DNA of 64,000 nucleotides from an uncultured Gammaproteobacteria bacterium (GCA_964516915.1 CAZEXS010000003.1:50861-114860), one strand, 5' to 3'; positions 35,960 through 47,198 are shown, counted from the first letter of the stretch. Program-made: numbers and translations. The notes: generated by a model not told the origin, from the letters alone.

Positions 35960-37144
35960 TTAATCTCGACGTAATCGTTCAGACACCGCAACCGGCGTCG
36001 GGTAGCGCAGCACCACCGCATAACTTGAGCCTATAAAGGTAATCAATGTGGCGAGTTGCACAAAGTAAACAGTCGTTGTATCAATCAAGGCACTTTGATA
36101 AGCCACGAGCACTATCAATAGCGAAAACTCGCTCATCTGACCGAGCCGAAAACCTGTTTCCCAGCCAAGCTTGTTGGTCTCGGATACCTTTCGTAAGGCG
36201 AACCTGAAAATGACTGGCTTAGCCACCAACATCACTATTCCTAACATTATCGCGGGCAACCAAACTCCGCCCAATTCTTCTAGCTTCAAACCGGCACCCA
36301 GCGCAAAAAAGAACAACACTAAAAAGAAATCTCTAAGCGGCTTCAAGCTTTCAGAAATAAACATGGCTATGGGGCTGGTGGCGATGGTAATACCAGCTAA
36401 AAATGCCCCAGTCTCATGTGAAAACCCGATAGCATAAGCCATTTCAGCAATACCTAGACACCACGCTATTGTCAGCAAGAAAACGTATTCTTGGATTTTG
36501 TCATACTTAAAAAACAATTTTAGCAAGACATATTCCTTCAATGCCCAAACCGCTGCAACTAAGGCCGGAAACAATACGACAAGCTTGGCCAGCTCAAATA
36601 ACGCACTTTGTTCACTGGAGGCGGCTTGAAGAGCCAGCAAGACTACAATCGCTATTAAATCTTGAAACAGCAACATACTGATAATAACCTCGCCAGTATG
36701 ACGATGATGTAATACCGTGGTAGGCAGCAATTTAAGACCAATAATTGTGCTGGAAAACATGCATGAAACACCGATCACCACCGCATTGGTCATGGAAAAG
36801 CCAGCCAGTGTCGCGATAGCCCAGCCGATCAATGCAAAGCTGCCCGAAGTTAATATACTCACGAACGTTGTCTGCTTTAAAAGCTCAAAGAGCTTATTCG
36901 GGCTTAGATGCAAGCCGAGCAGAAACAACAAAAATATGATTCCTATATTAGATATATCTTGAATTAAATCAGTATCGGACACCCAGCCCAATACATGCGG
37001 ACCAAGAACCACGCCCAATATAATGTAACCAATAATCAACGATTGACGGGCGATCAAAGCCGCTGTGGCGAACAACGCAGCACCGACAAAAATAAGAAAC
37101 AAGGAAAATAACATTATGTTTTGATTAGGCCTCCGTGGTGGCAC
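35960..37144 (-). CDS. Cation:proton antiporter (CPA2/Kef-like membrane domain only)
   Basis: About 11-12 TM helices with Na+/H+-exchanger-family character. The ORF starts at the GTG at 37144; an alternative ATG is at 37114 (MLFSLFL). Confidence 0.8.
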   Translation of the reverse strand: MPPRRPNQNIMLFSLFLIFVGAALFATAALIARQSLIIGYIILGVVLGPHVLGWVSDTDLIQDISNIGIIFLLFLLGLHLSPNKLFELLKQTTFVSILTSGSFALIGWAIATLAGFSMTNAVVIGVSCMFSSTIIGLKLLPTTVLHHRHTGEVIISMLLFQDLIAIVVLLALQAASSEQSALFELAKLVVLFPALVAAVWALKEYVLLKLFFKYDKIQEYVFLLTIAWCLGIAEMAYAIGFSHETGAFLAGITIATSPIAMFISESLKPLRDFFLVLFFFALGAGLKLEELGGVWLPAIMLGIVMLVAKPVIFRFALRKVSETNKLGWETGFRLGQMSEFSLLIVLVAYQSALIDTTTVYFVQLATLITFIGSSYAVVLRYPTPVAVSERLRRD

Positions 37145-37253
37145 ATTACAACTGCAATCAAAATGGGCGCGTCAATGCTAGCGAACGCTGAATAACAATA
37201 ATACTACTTCACCAATCTACGAAACAGCAATCAAGGGTATTTAGAGAGCGTAT

Positions 37254-38288
37254 CTATGATTGCTGTGACCAGTTTAAAATCACTTTACCAGACTCCCCAG
37301 ATGCCATTTTTTCAAAGCCGGCTTGGAAGTTATCAATCGGGTATTGATGAGTTAACATGGGATAAAGGTCTAAACCTGATTGAATTAAGCTGGCCATTTT
37401 ATACCAGGTCTCAAACATCTCACGCCCGTAAATGCCCTTTAACTCAAGACCTTTAAAAATTAGTTGTGACCAATCAATCGCCATGTTTTTGGGCGGTATA
37501 CCTAGCATTGCTATTTTCCCGCCGTGATTCATTTTTTCGAGCATGGTTTGAAATGCAGAAGGCACGCCCGACATTTCCATTCCTACGTCGAAGCCTTCTG
37601 TCATTCCGAGTTCTCGCATGACCTCACTGATATCTTCATACAGAACATTCACCGCGCGCGTCGCGTTCATTTCCTTTGCAAGTCTCAAACGATAATCATT
37701 TACGTCGGTGATGACCACATGCCGAGCGCCGACATGTTTAGCTACGGCGGCTGCCATAATGCCAATGGGCCCGGCTCCGGTGATAAGCACATCTTCACCC
37801 GTCAGATTGAACGACAACGCGGTATGCACAGCATTGCCAAAGGGATCAAAAATTGCGGCCAAATCATCACTAATATTATCGGGTATTTTGAAAGCGTTAT
37901 AGGCCGGTATGACGAGGTACTCAGCGAAAGCGCCTTGTCTGTTTACGCCTACACCCATGGTATTTCGACACAAATGCACTCGTCCGGCACGGCAGTTTCT
38001 GCAGTAGCCACAGGTTATGTGGCCTTCGCCGGACACTCGGTCGCCAATAGAGAATCCTCGCACTTCTTGACCAATGGCAACAACTTCACCCACGTACTCG
38101 TGTCCAAAGACCATCGGCACCGGAATGGTGCTTTGTGACCAATCATCCCAATTGAAAATATGCATATCCGTACCACAAATGGCGGTCTTGCGAATTTTTA
38201 TCAACAAATCGTTATGACCGTATTCTGGCTCAGGAATATCAACCATCCAAACGCCCGGTTCAGCGTGTAACTTTGAGAGTGCTTTCAT
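37254..38288 (-). CDS. tdh: L-threonine 3-dehydrogenase
   Basis: [44 protein letters not shown] is near-identical in pattern to E. coli Tdh. The start is refined to the ATG at 38288. Confidence 0.95.
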   Translation of the reverse strand: MKALSKLHAEPGVWMVDIPEPEYGHNDLLIKIRKTAICGTDMHIFNWDDWSQSTIPVPMVFGHEYVGEVVAIGQEVRGFSIGDRVSGEGHITCGYCRNCRAGRVHLCRNTMGVGVNRQGAFAEYLVIPAYNAFKIPDNISDDLAAIFDPFGNAVHTALSFNLTGEDVLITGAGPIGIMAAAVAKHVGARHVVITDVNDYRLRLAKEMNATRAVNVLYEDISEVMRELGMTEGFDVGMEMSGVPSAFQTMLEKMNHGGKIAMLGIPPKNMAIDWSQLIFKGLELKGIYGREMFETWYKMASLIQSGLDLYPMLTHQYPIDNFQAGFEKMASGESGKVILNWSQQS

Positions 38289-38360
38289 ATTGCCTAATAT
38301 ACTGGTCACTCAAACAGCTGCAAACATGAGTGACCAGAAGTTCCTCATTAATAAAGTGGA

Positions 38361-39551
38361 CTAAATCAGCTCTAGTTCACGACCAACATCGACAAACGAA
38401 TCAACCACATAATCAACCTGTTCTAAGGTGTGCGCGGCTGACATTTGCGTGCGAATACGCGCCGCCCCTTCAGGCACCACAGGAAACGAAAATCCCACAA
38501 CGTATATGCCTTTTTCTAACATTTTAGTCGCCACGTTTTTCGCAAGTTTCGCATCGCCCAACATCACAGGAATTATTGCATGATCCGCACCAGCCAATTC
38601 AAAGCCTGCCTCGGACATGCGCGCACGAAAATGGCGACTGTTACGCTCTAAACGCTTTCGTAAATCTTCACTGTCAGCCAACAAATCCAAGACTCGAATC
38701 GATGCGGAAACGATGCTGGGCGCAAGCGAGTTTGAAAAAAGATACGGGCGAGAGCGTTGACGCAGCCAGTCAATAATTGGCTTCTTGGCCGCCGTAAAGC
38801 CACCTGACGCACCGCCCATTGCCTTTCCTAAGGTGCCGGTAATAATGTCGACACGCTCCATAACTTGGCAAAATTCGTGCGTACCACGACCATTTTCGCC
38901 GATAAATCCCACCGCGTGCGAATCATCGACCATTACCATCGCACCGTATTTATCCGCCAAATCGCAGATGGACTTTAAGTCTGCGATAACACCATCCATT
39001 GAAAACACCCCGTCAGTCGCAATCAAGATAAAGCGCGCATTACTTGCTTTTGCTGACTCTAATTGGTCTTCCAATTCCGCCATATTATTATTGGCATAGC
39101 GATAACGCTTGGCTTTACATAAACGCACGCCGTCGATAATGCTGGCGTGATTAAGGGCGTCTGAAATGATCGCATCGTCAGGGCCGAGCAAAGTCTCGAA
39201 TAAGCCGGCATTCGCATCGAAACACGAGGAATACAATATCGTATCCTCCATGCCTAAAAATTGACTGAGCTTAGATTCCAAGGTCTTATGAATATCTTGC
39301 GTACCGCAAATAAAGCGCACTGACGCCATGCCAAACCCATGACTATCTAAACCTTCTTTGGCTGCGTCAATCAAGGCCGGATGATTTGCCAACCCCAGGT
39401 AGTTGTTAGCGCAAAAATTCAGCACTTCTTGACCGCTAGATACAGATACTTTGGCTTGCTGCGAGCCGGTAATCACTCGCTCAGACTTGTACAAACCGGT
39501 TTGCTTCAGGCCATCCAGTTCGGTAGTTAAATACGTAATAAGGTCGTTCAT
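38361..39551 (-). CDS. kbl: Glycine C-acetyltransferase (2-amino-3-ketobutyrate CoA ligase)
   Basis: PLP-dependent alpha-oxoamine synthase pattern ([21 protein letters not shown]). It forms a classic kbl-tdh operon. Confidence 0.95.
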   Translation of the reverse strand: MNDLITYLTTELDGLKQTGLYKSERVITGSQQAKVSVSSGQEVLNFCANNYLGLANHPALIDAAKEGLDSHGFGMASVRFICGTQDIHKTLESKLSQFLGMEDTILYSSCFDANAGLFETLLGPDDAIISDALNHASIIDGVRLCKAKRYRYANNNMAELEDQLESAKASNARFILIATDGVFSMDGVIADLKSICDLADKYGAMVMVDDSHAVGFIGENGRGTHEFCQVMERVDIITGTLGKAMGGASGGFTAAKKPIIDWLRQRSRPYLFSNSLAPSIVSASIRVLDLLADSEDLRKRLERNSRHFRARMSEAGFELAGADHAIIPVMLGDAKLAKNVATKMLEKGIYVVGFSFPVVPEGAARIRTQMSAAHTLEQVDYVVDSFVDVGRELELI

Positions 39552-39755
39552 ATCGAAGTGTTAGTTAATCATTATTGACTGACAATCAATTCAAATACTA
39601 ACGTGATTTTTTCGGCGCGAATACCTAAGCATTCAATTCAGCAATTAATTTGGAAATCATCGAATTGCAAGTAAACAATTCGCTCAAATTAGCCGACGCA
39701 AGCAAAATCAACTGCTACTAAGTTGAGCTTCACGACACAAAAACAAATGAAACTT

Positions 39756-41525
39756 TTATTTTCGCAAAGACTCAGCATCAACCACTTCGACAGTGCCTTC
39801 TCGCCGAGAGTCGACGCCGCCCTCTAAGACACCGTTAGCATTGCGCAATACCACACTCAAACCTGAATTTTCACCAGAGCTCTCATGCACATTAAAACCG
39901 TAGTCCTTAAGCCCAGTTATCAGCTCAGCACTTGCTCGGCTTTTTTCAATTCTGACCTTTTCACCACGAGCCACCATATTTGGTAGCTCAACGGCCTGCT
40001 GAGGAGTTAAACCCCACTCCAAAACACCAATTAATGTTTTCGCCGTGTAGGCAATGATCGAGTTGCCCCCGGGCGACCCACTGGCCATCATAAACTCACC
40101 ATTTTCATCTAAAACAATGGTCGGCGACATGGACGATCTTGGTCTCTTTCCGGCTTCAATTCGATTTGCGATTGGCTTGCCAGTGTCATCAAATGGCTTA
40201 AACGAAAAATCCGTTAACTGGTTGTTTAAGAACATACCGCCGGCCATGCGAGCCGAACCAAAAATACTCTCCACTGACGATGTCATCGACACTACATTCC
40301 CTTCTAGGTCCACCACCACAAAATGCGTGGTGCCTGCAATATCGACTGTCGAATCTAAACCATAGGCCACTTTTTGTGTGTCTTCATGAGCCCAAGGGTC
40401 GCCCGCTCTTAACGCTCGGGTTGCCTTCTCAGCGCCAGCGCCATTCACTCGCAAACGCCAATAAGCGGGCGATAGCATACCCGATACCGGCACATCAACA
40501 AAACTGGCATCACCAACAAACTGATCACGATCCGCGTAGGCGAGTCGTTGAGCCTCAGCAAATTTAACCCAATTATTCGGTGAATCAGAGCCTTTCGAAT
40601 CAAAGTCATTACCCGCTTCCACCAAACCCATGATTTCGCCAACAGCCAACCATGAAGAAGGCGGTGGCGGCCCGCACACCTGCTTGCCTTTAAATGGTGA
40701 ACATAATGCCGAGCGCTTTTGGGCTTTAAAGGCCGACATATCCTTTAAACTCAACGCCCCTGCCCTAGGGCTTGCGCTGGTTTGTGCTATTATTTGCTCC
40801 GCAATAAATCCCGAATAAAATGCATCTGGGTCTTCAGCCAATACATCCAACGTTTTAGCGTAATCGGGATTTGTTAGAATAGACCCAACCGCCAAAGGCG
40901 CGCCAGTTTCGTCATAAAAATACTCATAAGCATCTATCGGGCCCTCTTCTAAGGTTTTTGGCAAGTACTTGCCGAACCGATTAATGAAGTAATTAAGCCG
41001 CGCCGACACTGCAAAACCGCTTTCCGCCAGTTCTCTAGCGGCTGAAAAATGCCCTCCCCAAGGCAGACTTCCGTGGTCAGCATGCGCCAGCTGCAGCATC
41101 GACACCATGCCTGGCACACCGGTTGATAGCCCACTGTGTTTGGCGTTCAAATAGCCTATAGACTGCCCCTTATCATCTAAAAACTGCGTATCGTTGATGC
41201 TGGCCGGCGCTGTCTCTCTACCGTCGTATACGGTAACTTGCTTAGTCTTATTATTAAAATAGGCCATAAAACCTCCCCCCCCCAAACCCGAACTTTGTGG
41301 CTCTACCAAGCTAAGCACGGCTTGAATGGCGATGGCGGCGTCCACAGCCGACCCCCCTACTCTTAAAACATCAGACCCAGCTTGACTGGCTAAAGGGTTA
41401 GCGGTTACCACCATACCTTGTCCAAGAGCTTGTACATTGGAAGACTTGTGTTTGGCAGACTCGCTTTCAACACTTGCACAGGCCGAAAGTGAGAAACCGA
41501 GAAAAATAAGTAGAAGCTTTTGCAT
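39756..41525 (-). CDS. ggt: Gamma-glutamyltransferase (lipoprotein precursor)
   Basis: Autoprocessing nucleophile site GTTHFVVVD and the GSPGG motif. The start is refined to the ATG at 41525 (MQKLLLIFLGFSLSAC lipobox). Confidence 0.92.
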   Translation of the reverse strand: MQKLLLIFLGFSLSACASVESESAKHKSSNVQALGQGMVVTANPLASQAGSDVLRVGGSAVDAAIAIQAVLSLVEPQSSGLGGGGFMAYFNNKTKQVTVYDGRETAPASINDTQFLDDKGQSIGYLNAKHSGLSTGVPGMVSMLQLAHADHGSLPWGGHFSAARELAESGFAVSARLNYFINRFGKYLPKTLEEGPIDAYEYFYDETGAPLAVGSILTNPDYAKTLDVLAEDPDAFYSGFIAEQIIAQTSASPRAGALSLKDMSAFKAQKRSALCSPFKGKQVCGPPPPSSWLAVGEIMGLVEAGNDFDSKGSDSPNNWVKFAEAQRLAYADRDQFVGDASFVDVPVSGMLSPAYWRLRVNGAGAEKATRALRAGDPWAHEDTQKVAYGLDSTVDIAGTTHFVVVDLEGNVVSMTSSVESIFGSARMAGGMFLNNQLTDFSFKPFDDTGKPIANRIEAGKRPRSSMSPTIVLDENGEFMMASGSPGGNSIIAYTAKTLIGVLEWGLTPQQAVELPNMVARGEKVRIEKSRASAELITGLKDYGFNVHESSGENSGLSVVLRNANGVLEGGVDSRREGTVEVVDAESLRK

Positions 41526-41691
41526 TATTGAGGTGGTTTGTATTTGGCTCATTAAATAATGCCCCCATTGTAATCCTAAAGCCATTCTCAACGAAAGCGA
41601 GACTCAATGCTTCTTAAGCAACTTCACGCGAATCTTTCAGCAGACTTTAATTAATAATGAATTGCTCACATCGTAAAGGTACACTTAAAGG

Positions 41692-43014
41692 ATGAGTAAA
41701 AATCGAGAAAAATCGGTACCCAAGTCGCGCTTGAGTCGCTTTGGACGTGTGGCGAAAATGGCCGGCGGGGTCGCTGCCGGCATGTTGAGCGAAGGCGTTA
41801 AACAAGTGGCGCAAGGTAATCGCCCCAAAGTAAGTGATTTAGTACTGACTCCCCGCAATGCTAAGCGAGTAGCGAAGCAGTTATCGGCGATGCGTGGCGC
41901 GGCCATGAAGGTCGGCCAGCTTCTATCAATGGAAAGTGCCGAATTTTTACCGCCAGAGCTTGCCGAAATTCTAGCTCAGCTACGCGACAAAGCTTATATC
42001 ATGCCGCAAGACCAATTGATTGATTCCTTAGTTGAGGCTTACGGAGAGAATTGGCAAAGCCAATTTGCTGATTTCGACTTAGCGCCCTTGGCGGCGGCAT
42101 CCATTGGCCAGGTGCATCGCGCAACAACCTTGGACGGCGAAGATATCGTTCTTAAAATCCAATACCCCGGCGTTGCCCAAAGTATTGATAGTGATGTCGA
42201 CAATATCGCTGGCTTATTAAGAATATCGCGCTTGTTGCCCAAACATGTCGACATCAGTGATTTGCTTAATGACGCGAAAGCCCAGTTACACGAAGAAGCC
42301 GACTATCTTCAAGAACAAGCTTACCTTGAAAACTTTGGCATAGCATTTGCCAATGACGAGCGCTTTGTGGTGCCAAAGTTCTACCCAAAATTGAGCACGC
42401 GCAAAGTACTTGCAATGGAATATGTTGAGGGCGTGGCAATTGACAAGATCGATGACATACCGCCATCACACAAAGATCGACTAATGAGTGATCTTTTTTC
42501 TCTGATGCTCGAAGAGTTATTTGAATTAAGATTAATGCAAACCGATCCTAATTTCGCCAACTACTTGTATCAAAAAGACAGCGGAAAAATCGTATTACTC
42601 GATTTCGGGGCGACGCGTAAATTCACTAAAAAGTTTACCGTCGATTATAAACGGCTTATTCGTGGCGTAGTGGCACAAGACCGAGAGAAGACTCTTGAGG
42701 CCGCTGATAGACTAGGGTATTTAGCCGGCAATGCGAGCGCAGACTATCAAGATTTTCTAGTTGATATTTTCAACATCGCACTCGAATCATTCCAAGAACC
42801 AGGCAAATATGATTTTGAGAACGCCCGGCTGTCTGAGCGATTGGCAAAGCTGTCAGAGCAGGCCTATGACTTTAAAGAATTTTGGCAAACTCCACCGACC
42901 GACGTGGTTTACTTGCATCGCAAACTTGGTGGCATGTTCCTACTGGCAACGCGTTTGGGGGCTCAGGTAGACGTCAATAGCATGGTTGCTGACTATATTA
43001 AAACCCTCAACTAA
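41692..43014 (+). CDS. ABC1/UbiB-family atypical kinase-like protein
   Basis: AASIGQVHRA, the lysine motif DIVLKIQYPG, and DPNFANY (equivalent to DPHPGN). Confidence 0.85.
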   Translation: MSKNREKSVPKSRLSRFGRVAKMAGGVAAGMLSEGVKQVAQGNRPKVSDLVLTPRNAKRVAKQLSAMRGAAMKVGQLLSMESAEFLPPELAEILAQLRDKAYIMPQDQLIDSLVEAYGENWQSQFADFDLAPLAAASIGQVHRATTLDGEDIVLKIQYPGVAQSIDSDVDNIAGLLRISRLLPKHVDISDLLNDAKAQLHEEADYLQEQAYLENFGIAFANDERFVVPKFYPKLSTRKVLAMEYVEGVAIDKIDDIPPSHKDRLMSDLFSLMLEELFELRLMQTDPNFANYLYQKDSGKIVLLDFGATRKFTKKFTVDYKRLIRGVVAQDREKTLEAADRLGYLAGNASADYQDFLVDIFNIALESFQEPGKYDFENARLSERLAKLSEQAYDFKEFWQTPPTDVVYLHRKLGGMFLLATRLGAQVDVNSMVADYIKTLN

Positions 43015-43147
43015 ACTGCCAATTAAGAACATCTAATTGGGTCATGAAAGATAAACGCATCAAAACCCAAGTTTTGAATCTGATAAAAAACCCATGGGTG
43101 GCGATAAACCTATGCCACCTGCATCTTAAAATCAATAAACGAATCCG

Positions 43148-44041
43148 TTACTTAACCAAATCGAGCGGGTTTCTAGACAAGGCTTCGTCCACCGCCAACA
43201 AACCCTTTTGAGCTTTTTCTATATTTTGAAACCCGGTAATGGCTTGAGCCGTAGCGAACTTAGTTTGGGCATCAATAACTTTTAACATCGCCACTGACTC
43301 ACCCATTGGCTTACCAGTTTCATCAAGCCCGAGTTCAGCGTCTTTCGGGTACACCAAAATGAAGTCACCCTTTTGTAAAACGCCGGCACCATAATTAAGA
43401 GTGATGACACTGGTTTCCTCATCTATCTTCATTAGTCTAATTGGGAGCAATTCGGCAGTGACCTTGCGAACAAAAATGTCATATGCCTCGGACTTTGCGG
43501 CATTCAAAGCATCATTGTCAGATGATGATAAACCGGCTAACTCCTTTACATTCGCAGTGGTGCTTACTCTAAACTCAAAATCATCGGTTGTATCAGCCAC
43601 GCCATAAAAATTAAACGTCATAGCAACTCGCCCAACTCGAACTCGAGTGTCGCCTAGGTTCTGAGTAAAGACTCGAGATTCATCGAATTTCGCGGTGAGA
43701 ATATAGTCGAGCCCCGATTGTAATAACTCGGTGCTGTTATAAGACTTACCGTAAAACCCCGATAAAGATAAACCTTGACGATCCAATCGCTGCTTTAATT
43801 CAGCATTTTCTAACACTAAAAATTTACGTGTTTTAAGTAGCCCATCAGCGATCTCTTGTCGCACTTCTTCTTGGACAGCACTATTACTCGTTCCAGCATT
43901 GGCTGTGTCAATCAGTTCAACATCACCCATCCCAATAGTCGCAATAACTTGCGCATGAGCATTAATGCCGATCAAGGCATACACCAAGAAAGTAATTTTA
44001 AACAACTTATACAGAGATGCTTCTAGATAGCTAAATTTCAT
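43148..44041 (-). CDS. Hypothetical secreted protein
   Basis: The ATG at 44041 follows ggttggaaaa. Signal peptide ending INAHAQ. I am not confident of any family; the N-terminal half vaguely recalls CsgG/LpoB-like folds. Confidence 0.5.
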   Translation of the reverse strand: MKFSYLEASLYKLFKITFLVYALIGINAHAQVIATIGMGDVELIDTANAGTSNSAVQEEVRQEIADGLLKTRKFLVLENAELKQRLDRQGLSLSGFYGKSYNSTELLQSGLDYILTAKFDESRVFTQNLGDTRVRVGRVAMTFNFYGVADTTDDFEFRVSTTANVKELAGLSSSDNDALNAAKSEAYDIFVRKVTAELLPIRLMKIDEETSVITLNYGAGVLQKGDFILVYPKDAELGLDETGKPMGESVAMLKVIDAQTKFATAQAITGFQNIEKAQKGLLAVDEALSRNPLDLVK

Positions 44042-44341
44042 TTTTCCAACCTGGTTTTGATCTGGAGTACGCATCATAAGCGGTTTAACCCAACACTAGC
44101 TTAGCAACGAACACACATTATAAATGCGCAAGTGCGCACCTGTTTTCTTCCAAATATAGCATTCATGAAGACCCATTTCACGCGCGCATCCACTGTGCTC
44201 ACCCACCTTTAACGTAATTTTTACATTTAGTTGGTTTGACAAGCCATTATTACCGCGATTCGAACAAATCAACCAGCTCATACCGCCGAGCCAATATAGA
44301 TCCAGGCGCGGTTTTAAGAAACTTTGAATCGTGATTTGCTA

Positions 44342-45472
44342 CTAACAAACAACGCTTCTCTTAGCGGGCTCTGCATATAATTCACCCTGCATGATTTCCT
44401 GCAAAGCATAATAGGATGGCATTTTGCGTAAGTCGCCCTTTCGATGATCGACTAGTCCGTAGCCTGGGTTGATAAGTTGCCACCAGTACACACTTTCAAC
44501 CCACCCCGATTGCCAGGCGATTTGATAATACAACTTCAAATACTCGGCCTGAGTTTTTTCATCGCAGGTGCGTGAAGGGTTACCTGAATTTGGGGTAAAA
44601 GGTTTTGTATCGAGCAAGGGCCAATTTGTTTCAGTTATCCACAATTTATCATCACAACGATTGGAGAGCCGAGTCATGGCTTTAGCAAGTCGCAATTTAT
44701 TCTCTAGATCGAAAATTCCGTACTGGGTTCCATACGGAGAGTGTCGACGGTTCACATAGAGCAAGGCAGCATTACCCTGCAATTGATAGGGACGAAAGTT
44801 CCACAAGGTACGCCAGCTCAATAATGGCTCAAAATCAATAATTGATGAGCCAAGCAACTCAATGTCATCGAACTCAGCACGTAAGGCTTCGACCGATTGT
44901 TGAAGTTCCAGTGCCTGCCCTGAATGAACGCACCCCCATTTGGTGCGATTGACGGCATTGCCTATCCAGAATGTTTTTGTAAGATGCTGTGTAGCTGAAA
45001 TGATTACGCGCACTTGTTTCTGCCAATCGTCGAGGTTGGTCACGCTGTCGCGACTTTGCAAGATATTGATCACAAACTCGCAGCCATCAAACATTTGCAT
45101 AAATCGCACATAATCATCAATCGATTCAGTATCCCAGCTAGGAATTCTTAGCAACAAACGCTTTACGCCAAGCTCTTCAACCATTTCGACCATCTGCGGC
45201 GCGTACTCCATGTCCATCGAGACACTTAACCCCACAAATTGTGCAGCGGTTTTAGTGGAAGGTTTCTTCTTTAGAACACAATACTGTGCCGCAATAACCG
45301 GCAAGCCCACCAAGTTACTCAAAGCAACTTTTAAATATTCCCATACATTACCGAGCCCAGATCTTGGCTTCTCAGACGAAGCCATTTTGTAGGGCTGACA
45401 CGAATACGGATCCCACCACTCTGGTTGATGTTTAGTGCTTTGTATTTCTCGTAGAGAATCTTCCGGTTTCAT
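44342..45472 (-). CDS. TIM-barrel glycoside-hydrolase-like protein (clan GH-A-like)
   Basis: LWITETNWPL resembles the nucleophile-Glu strand of clan GH-A enzymes, and the sequence shows an alternating beta/alpha pattern. The family assignment is tentative. Confidence 0.45.
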   Translation of the reverse strand: MKPEDSLREIQSTKHQPEWWDPYSCQPYKMASSEKPRSGLGNVWEYLKVALSNLVGLPVIAAQYCVLKKKPSTKTAAQFVGLSVSMDMEYAPQMVEMVEELGVKRLLLRIPSWDTESIDDYVRFMQMFDGCEFVINILQSRDSVTNLDDWQKQVRVIISATQHLTKTFWIGNAVNRTKWGCVHSGQALELQQSVEALRAEFDDIELLGSSIIDFEPLLSWRTLWNFRPYQLQGNAALLYVNRRHSPYGTQYGIFDLENKLRLAKAMTRLSNRCDDKLWITETNWPLLDTKPFTPNSGNPSRTCDEKTQAEYLKLYYQIAWQSGWVESVYWWQLINPGYGLVDHRKGDLRKMPSYYALQEIMQGELYAEPAKRSVVC

Positions 45473-45578
45473 GCAGGCAATATAGTGAGGCTAATTTAGT
45501 AAAAGTTGCTTTTAACGACTGTGTTTTTTAGAACTGTCTTCTAAAGATCTGCGCGTACAAGAACACGGCTTAAACGAA

Positions 45579-46274
45579 CTAAGTTTTTTCAAAAACCAAA
45601 TCCCAAACGCCGTGGCCCAATCGCACACCTCGGGCTTCGTACTTAGTACCCGGCCGATACTCGGGTTTTGGCGCATAACCCTCGGCGGTATTTTTCAGCT
45701 TTGAGTTAGCGCTAAGCACTTCGAGAATATGCTCTGCGTAGTTTTCCCAATCCGTCGCCACATGAATTTGGCCATTAAGCTTAAGCTTAGTAATGAGAGT
45801 ATCAACAAACGCCGCTTGAATTAAGCGACGCTTATGATGGCGCTTTTTATGCCAAGGGTCTGGAAAAAATATCTGCACTCGATCCAAACTTGCGTCAGGA
45901 ATTTGTTTTTCCAATACCTGCACCGCATCGTCTCCAGACACTCTCACGTTCTGCAAGCCACGCTGCCTAACTTGAACCAACAAGCTCCCAACGCCGGGCT
46001 TGTGAACTTCAATGCCCAAGAACATTGTTTCAGGAGAGCTCGCGGCCATCTCAGCCAATGACAAACCATTACCAAAACCAATCTCCAATACCACAGAGGT
46101 CTGTTGGCCAAACAATGCTTCGAAATTAAGCTGCTCGTCACTTAGGTCGACACCAAAATCCGCCCAACCTTCGTCGATCGCGTTTTTCTGGCCCTTAGTT
46201 AACTTACCCTCGCGCTTTACAAAGCTGCGAATCGGTCGATGTTTTTCATTATTTTCGATCATGAATTTAGGCAA
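45579..46274 (-). CDS. trmB: tRNA (guanine46-N7)-methyltransferase
   Basis: LEIGFGNG SAM motif and FFPDPWHKKRHHKRR, the signature of TrmB. Confidence 0.92.
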   Translation of the reverse strand: MPKFMIENNEKHRPIRSFVKREGKLTKGQKNAIDEGWADFGVDLSDEQLNFEALFGQQTSVVLEIGFGNGLSLAEMAASSPETMFLGIEVHKPGVGSLLVQVRQRGLQNVRVSGDDAVQVLEKQIPDASLDRVQIFFPDPWHKKRHHKRRLIQAAFVDTLITKLKLNGQIHVATDWENYAEHILEVLSANSKLKNTAEGYAPKPEYRPGTKYEARGVRLGHGVWDLVFEKT

Positions 46275-46390
46275 GAAATATCAGAATGTGTGCATTTTAC
46301 CCCTTTCTTTGGCTTTTTTTTCGTTTTCTACTCAGAGGTATTGCCAATTAATTCAGAAACTCGACTATAATCCCCATTCCGCTGGCAACA

Positions 46391-46588
46391 GTGGAGTTCT
46401 CAGGGCGGGGTGAAAGTCCCCACCGGCGGTAATGATGACTATTTAAGCGTTAAGCGATATATCATTTAGCCCGCGGGCGCTCTCAGTATTTTCTATTATT
46501 TATCCAAAATAATTAAGATCTGAGAGGACAGCAGATTTTGGTTAGATTCCAAAGCCGACAGTGACAGTCTGGTTATGAGAATAAGGTA
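46391..46588 (+). promoter_or_regulatory. FMN riboswitch (RFN element)
   Basis: Conserved cores ttctcagggcggggtgaaagtccccaccggcggta, agcccgcgggcg, and gattttggttagattccaaagccgacagtgacagtctgg..gagaa. It lies upstream of ribH. Confidence 0.9.
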
Positions 46589-46724
46589 TTAAAGTTCATG
46601 CAATTTGAACGAAAGTTCGCACACAGGTACGCCACTGGTGACTTCACCAGAACGCGACCATGCGTACGATGCCTTGTTTGCCCTCAATTAAACGACTATT
46701 TATAAACTTAATTGAGAAAATATA

Positions 46725-47198
46725 ATGAATACCCATTCAAACGACCGTGTGTCCGAAATTGCCAAGCGCAACAAAATTGCGTTTGTACAGGCCTGTTGGC
46801 ATAAAGACATCGTAGATGCTTTGCGACATTCCTTCGAATCAAATTTCAACAAGCTGAGTGATAAGCAGATCGACTTTTTTGAAGTGCCAGGTGCTTATGA
46901 AATACCACTGCATTGCAAAGCTTTGGCGCAAACTAACCAATATGCGGCCGTGGTTGCGGCAGGCCTAGTTGTTGATGGCGGAATATATCGGCACGACTTC
47001 GTGGCAAGCACCGTAATAGACAATTTGATGCGCGTTCAAATCGATACCGGCATGTCGGTTTTCTCGGCTGTGCTGACGCCACATCATTTTCACTCCAATG
47101 AAGAGCATCAGAATTTCTTCAAAGACCACTTTATCGTGAAAGGCGAAGAAGCCGCGACCGCATGCGCCAAGACCCTCGCGTCATTGGCGGCTCTTTAA
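46725..47198 (+). CDS. ribH: 6,7-dimethyl-8-ribityllumazine synthase (RibH2-like)
   Basis: 157 aa. It shows the lumazine-synthase pattern (IAFVQACWHKDIVD..., EVPGAYEIP, AVVAAGLVVDGGIYRHDFV) and is directly controlled by the FMN riboswitch. Confidence 0.85.
   Translation: MNTHSNDRVSEIAKRNKIAFVQACWHKDIVDALRHSFESNFNKLSDKQIDFFEVPGAYEIPLHCKALAQTNQYAAVVAAGLVVDGGIYRHDFVASTVIDNLMRVQIDTGMSVFSAVLTPHHFHSNEEHQNFFKDHFIVKGEEAATACAKTLASLAAL

Noticed and set aside
37524-38138. 204-aa plus-strand ORF
   Set aside because: It is fully antisense to tdh, whose product matches E. coli Tdh almost residue for residue in the N-terminus.
43098-43120. Hairpin ggtggc/gccacc as a terminator for the 43148 gene
   Set aside because: The stem is only 6 bp, and on the minus strand the T-run is separated from it by 6 nt. 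That is too weak to list as a feature.
46012-46413. 133-aa plus-strand ORF
   Set aside because: It is antisense to trmB and runs into the FMN riboswitch. It shows no coding signals.
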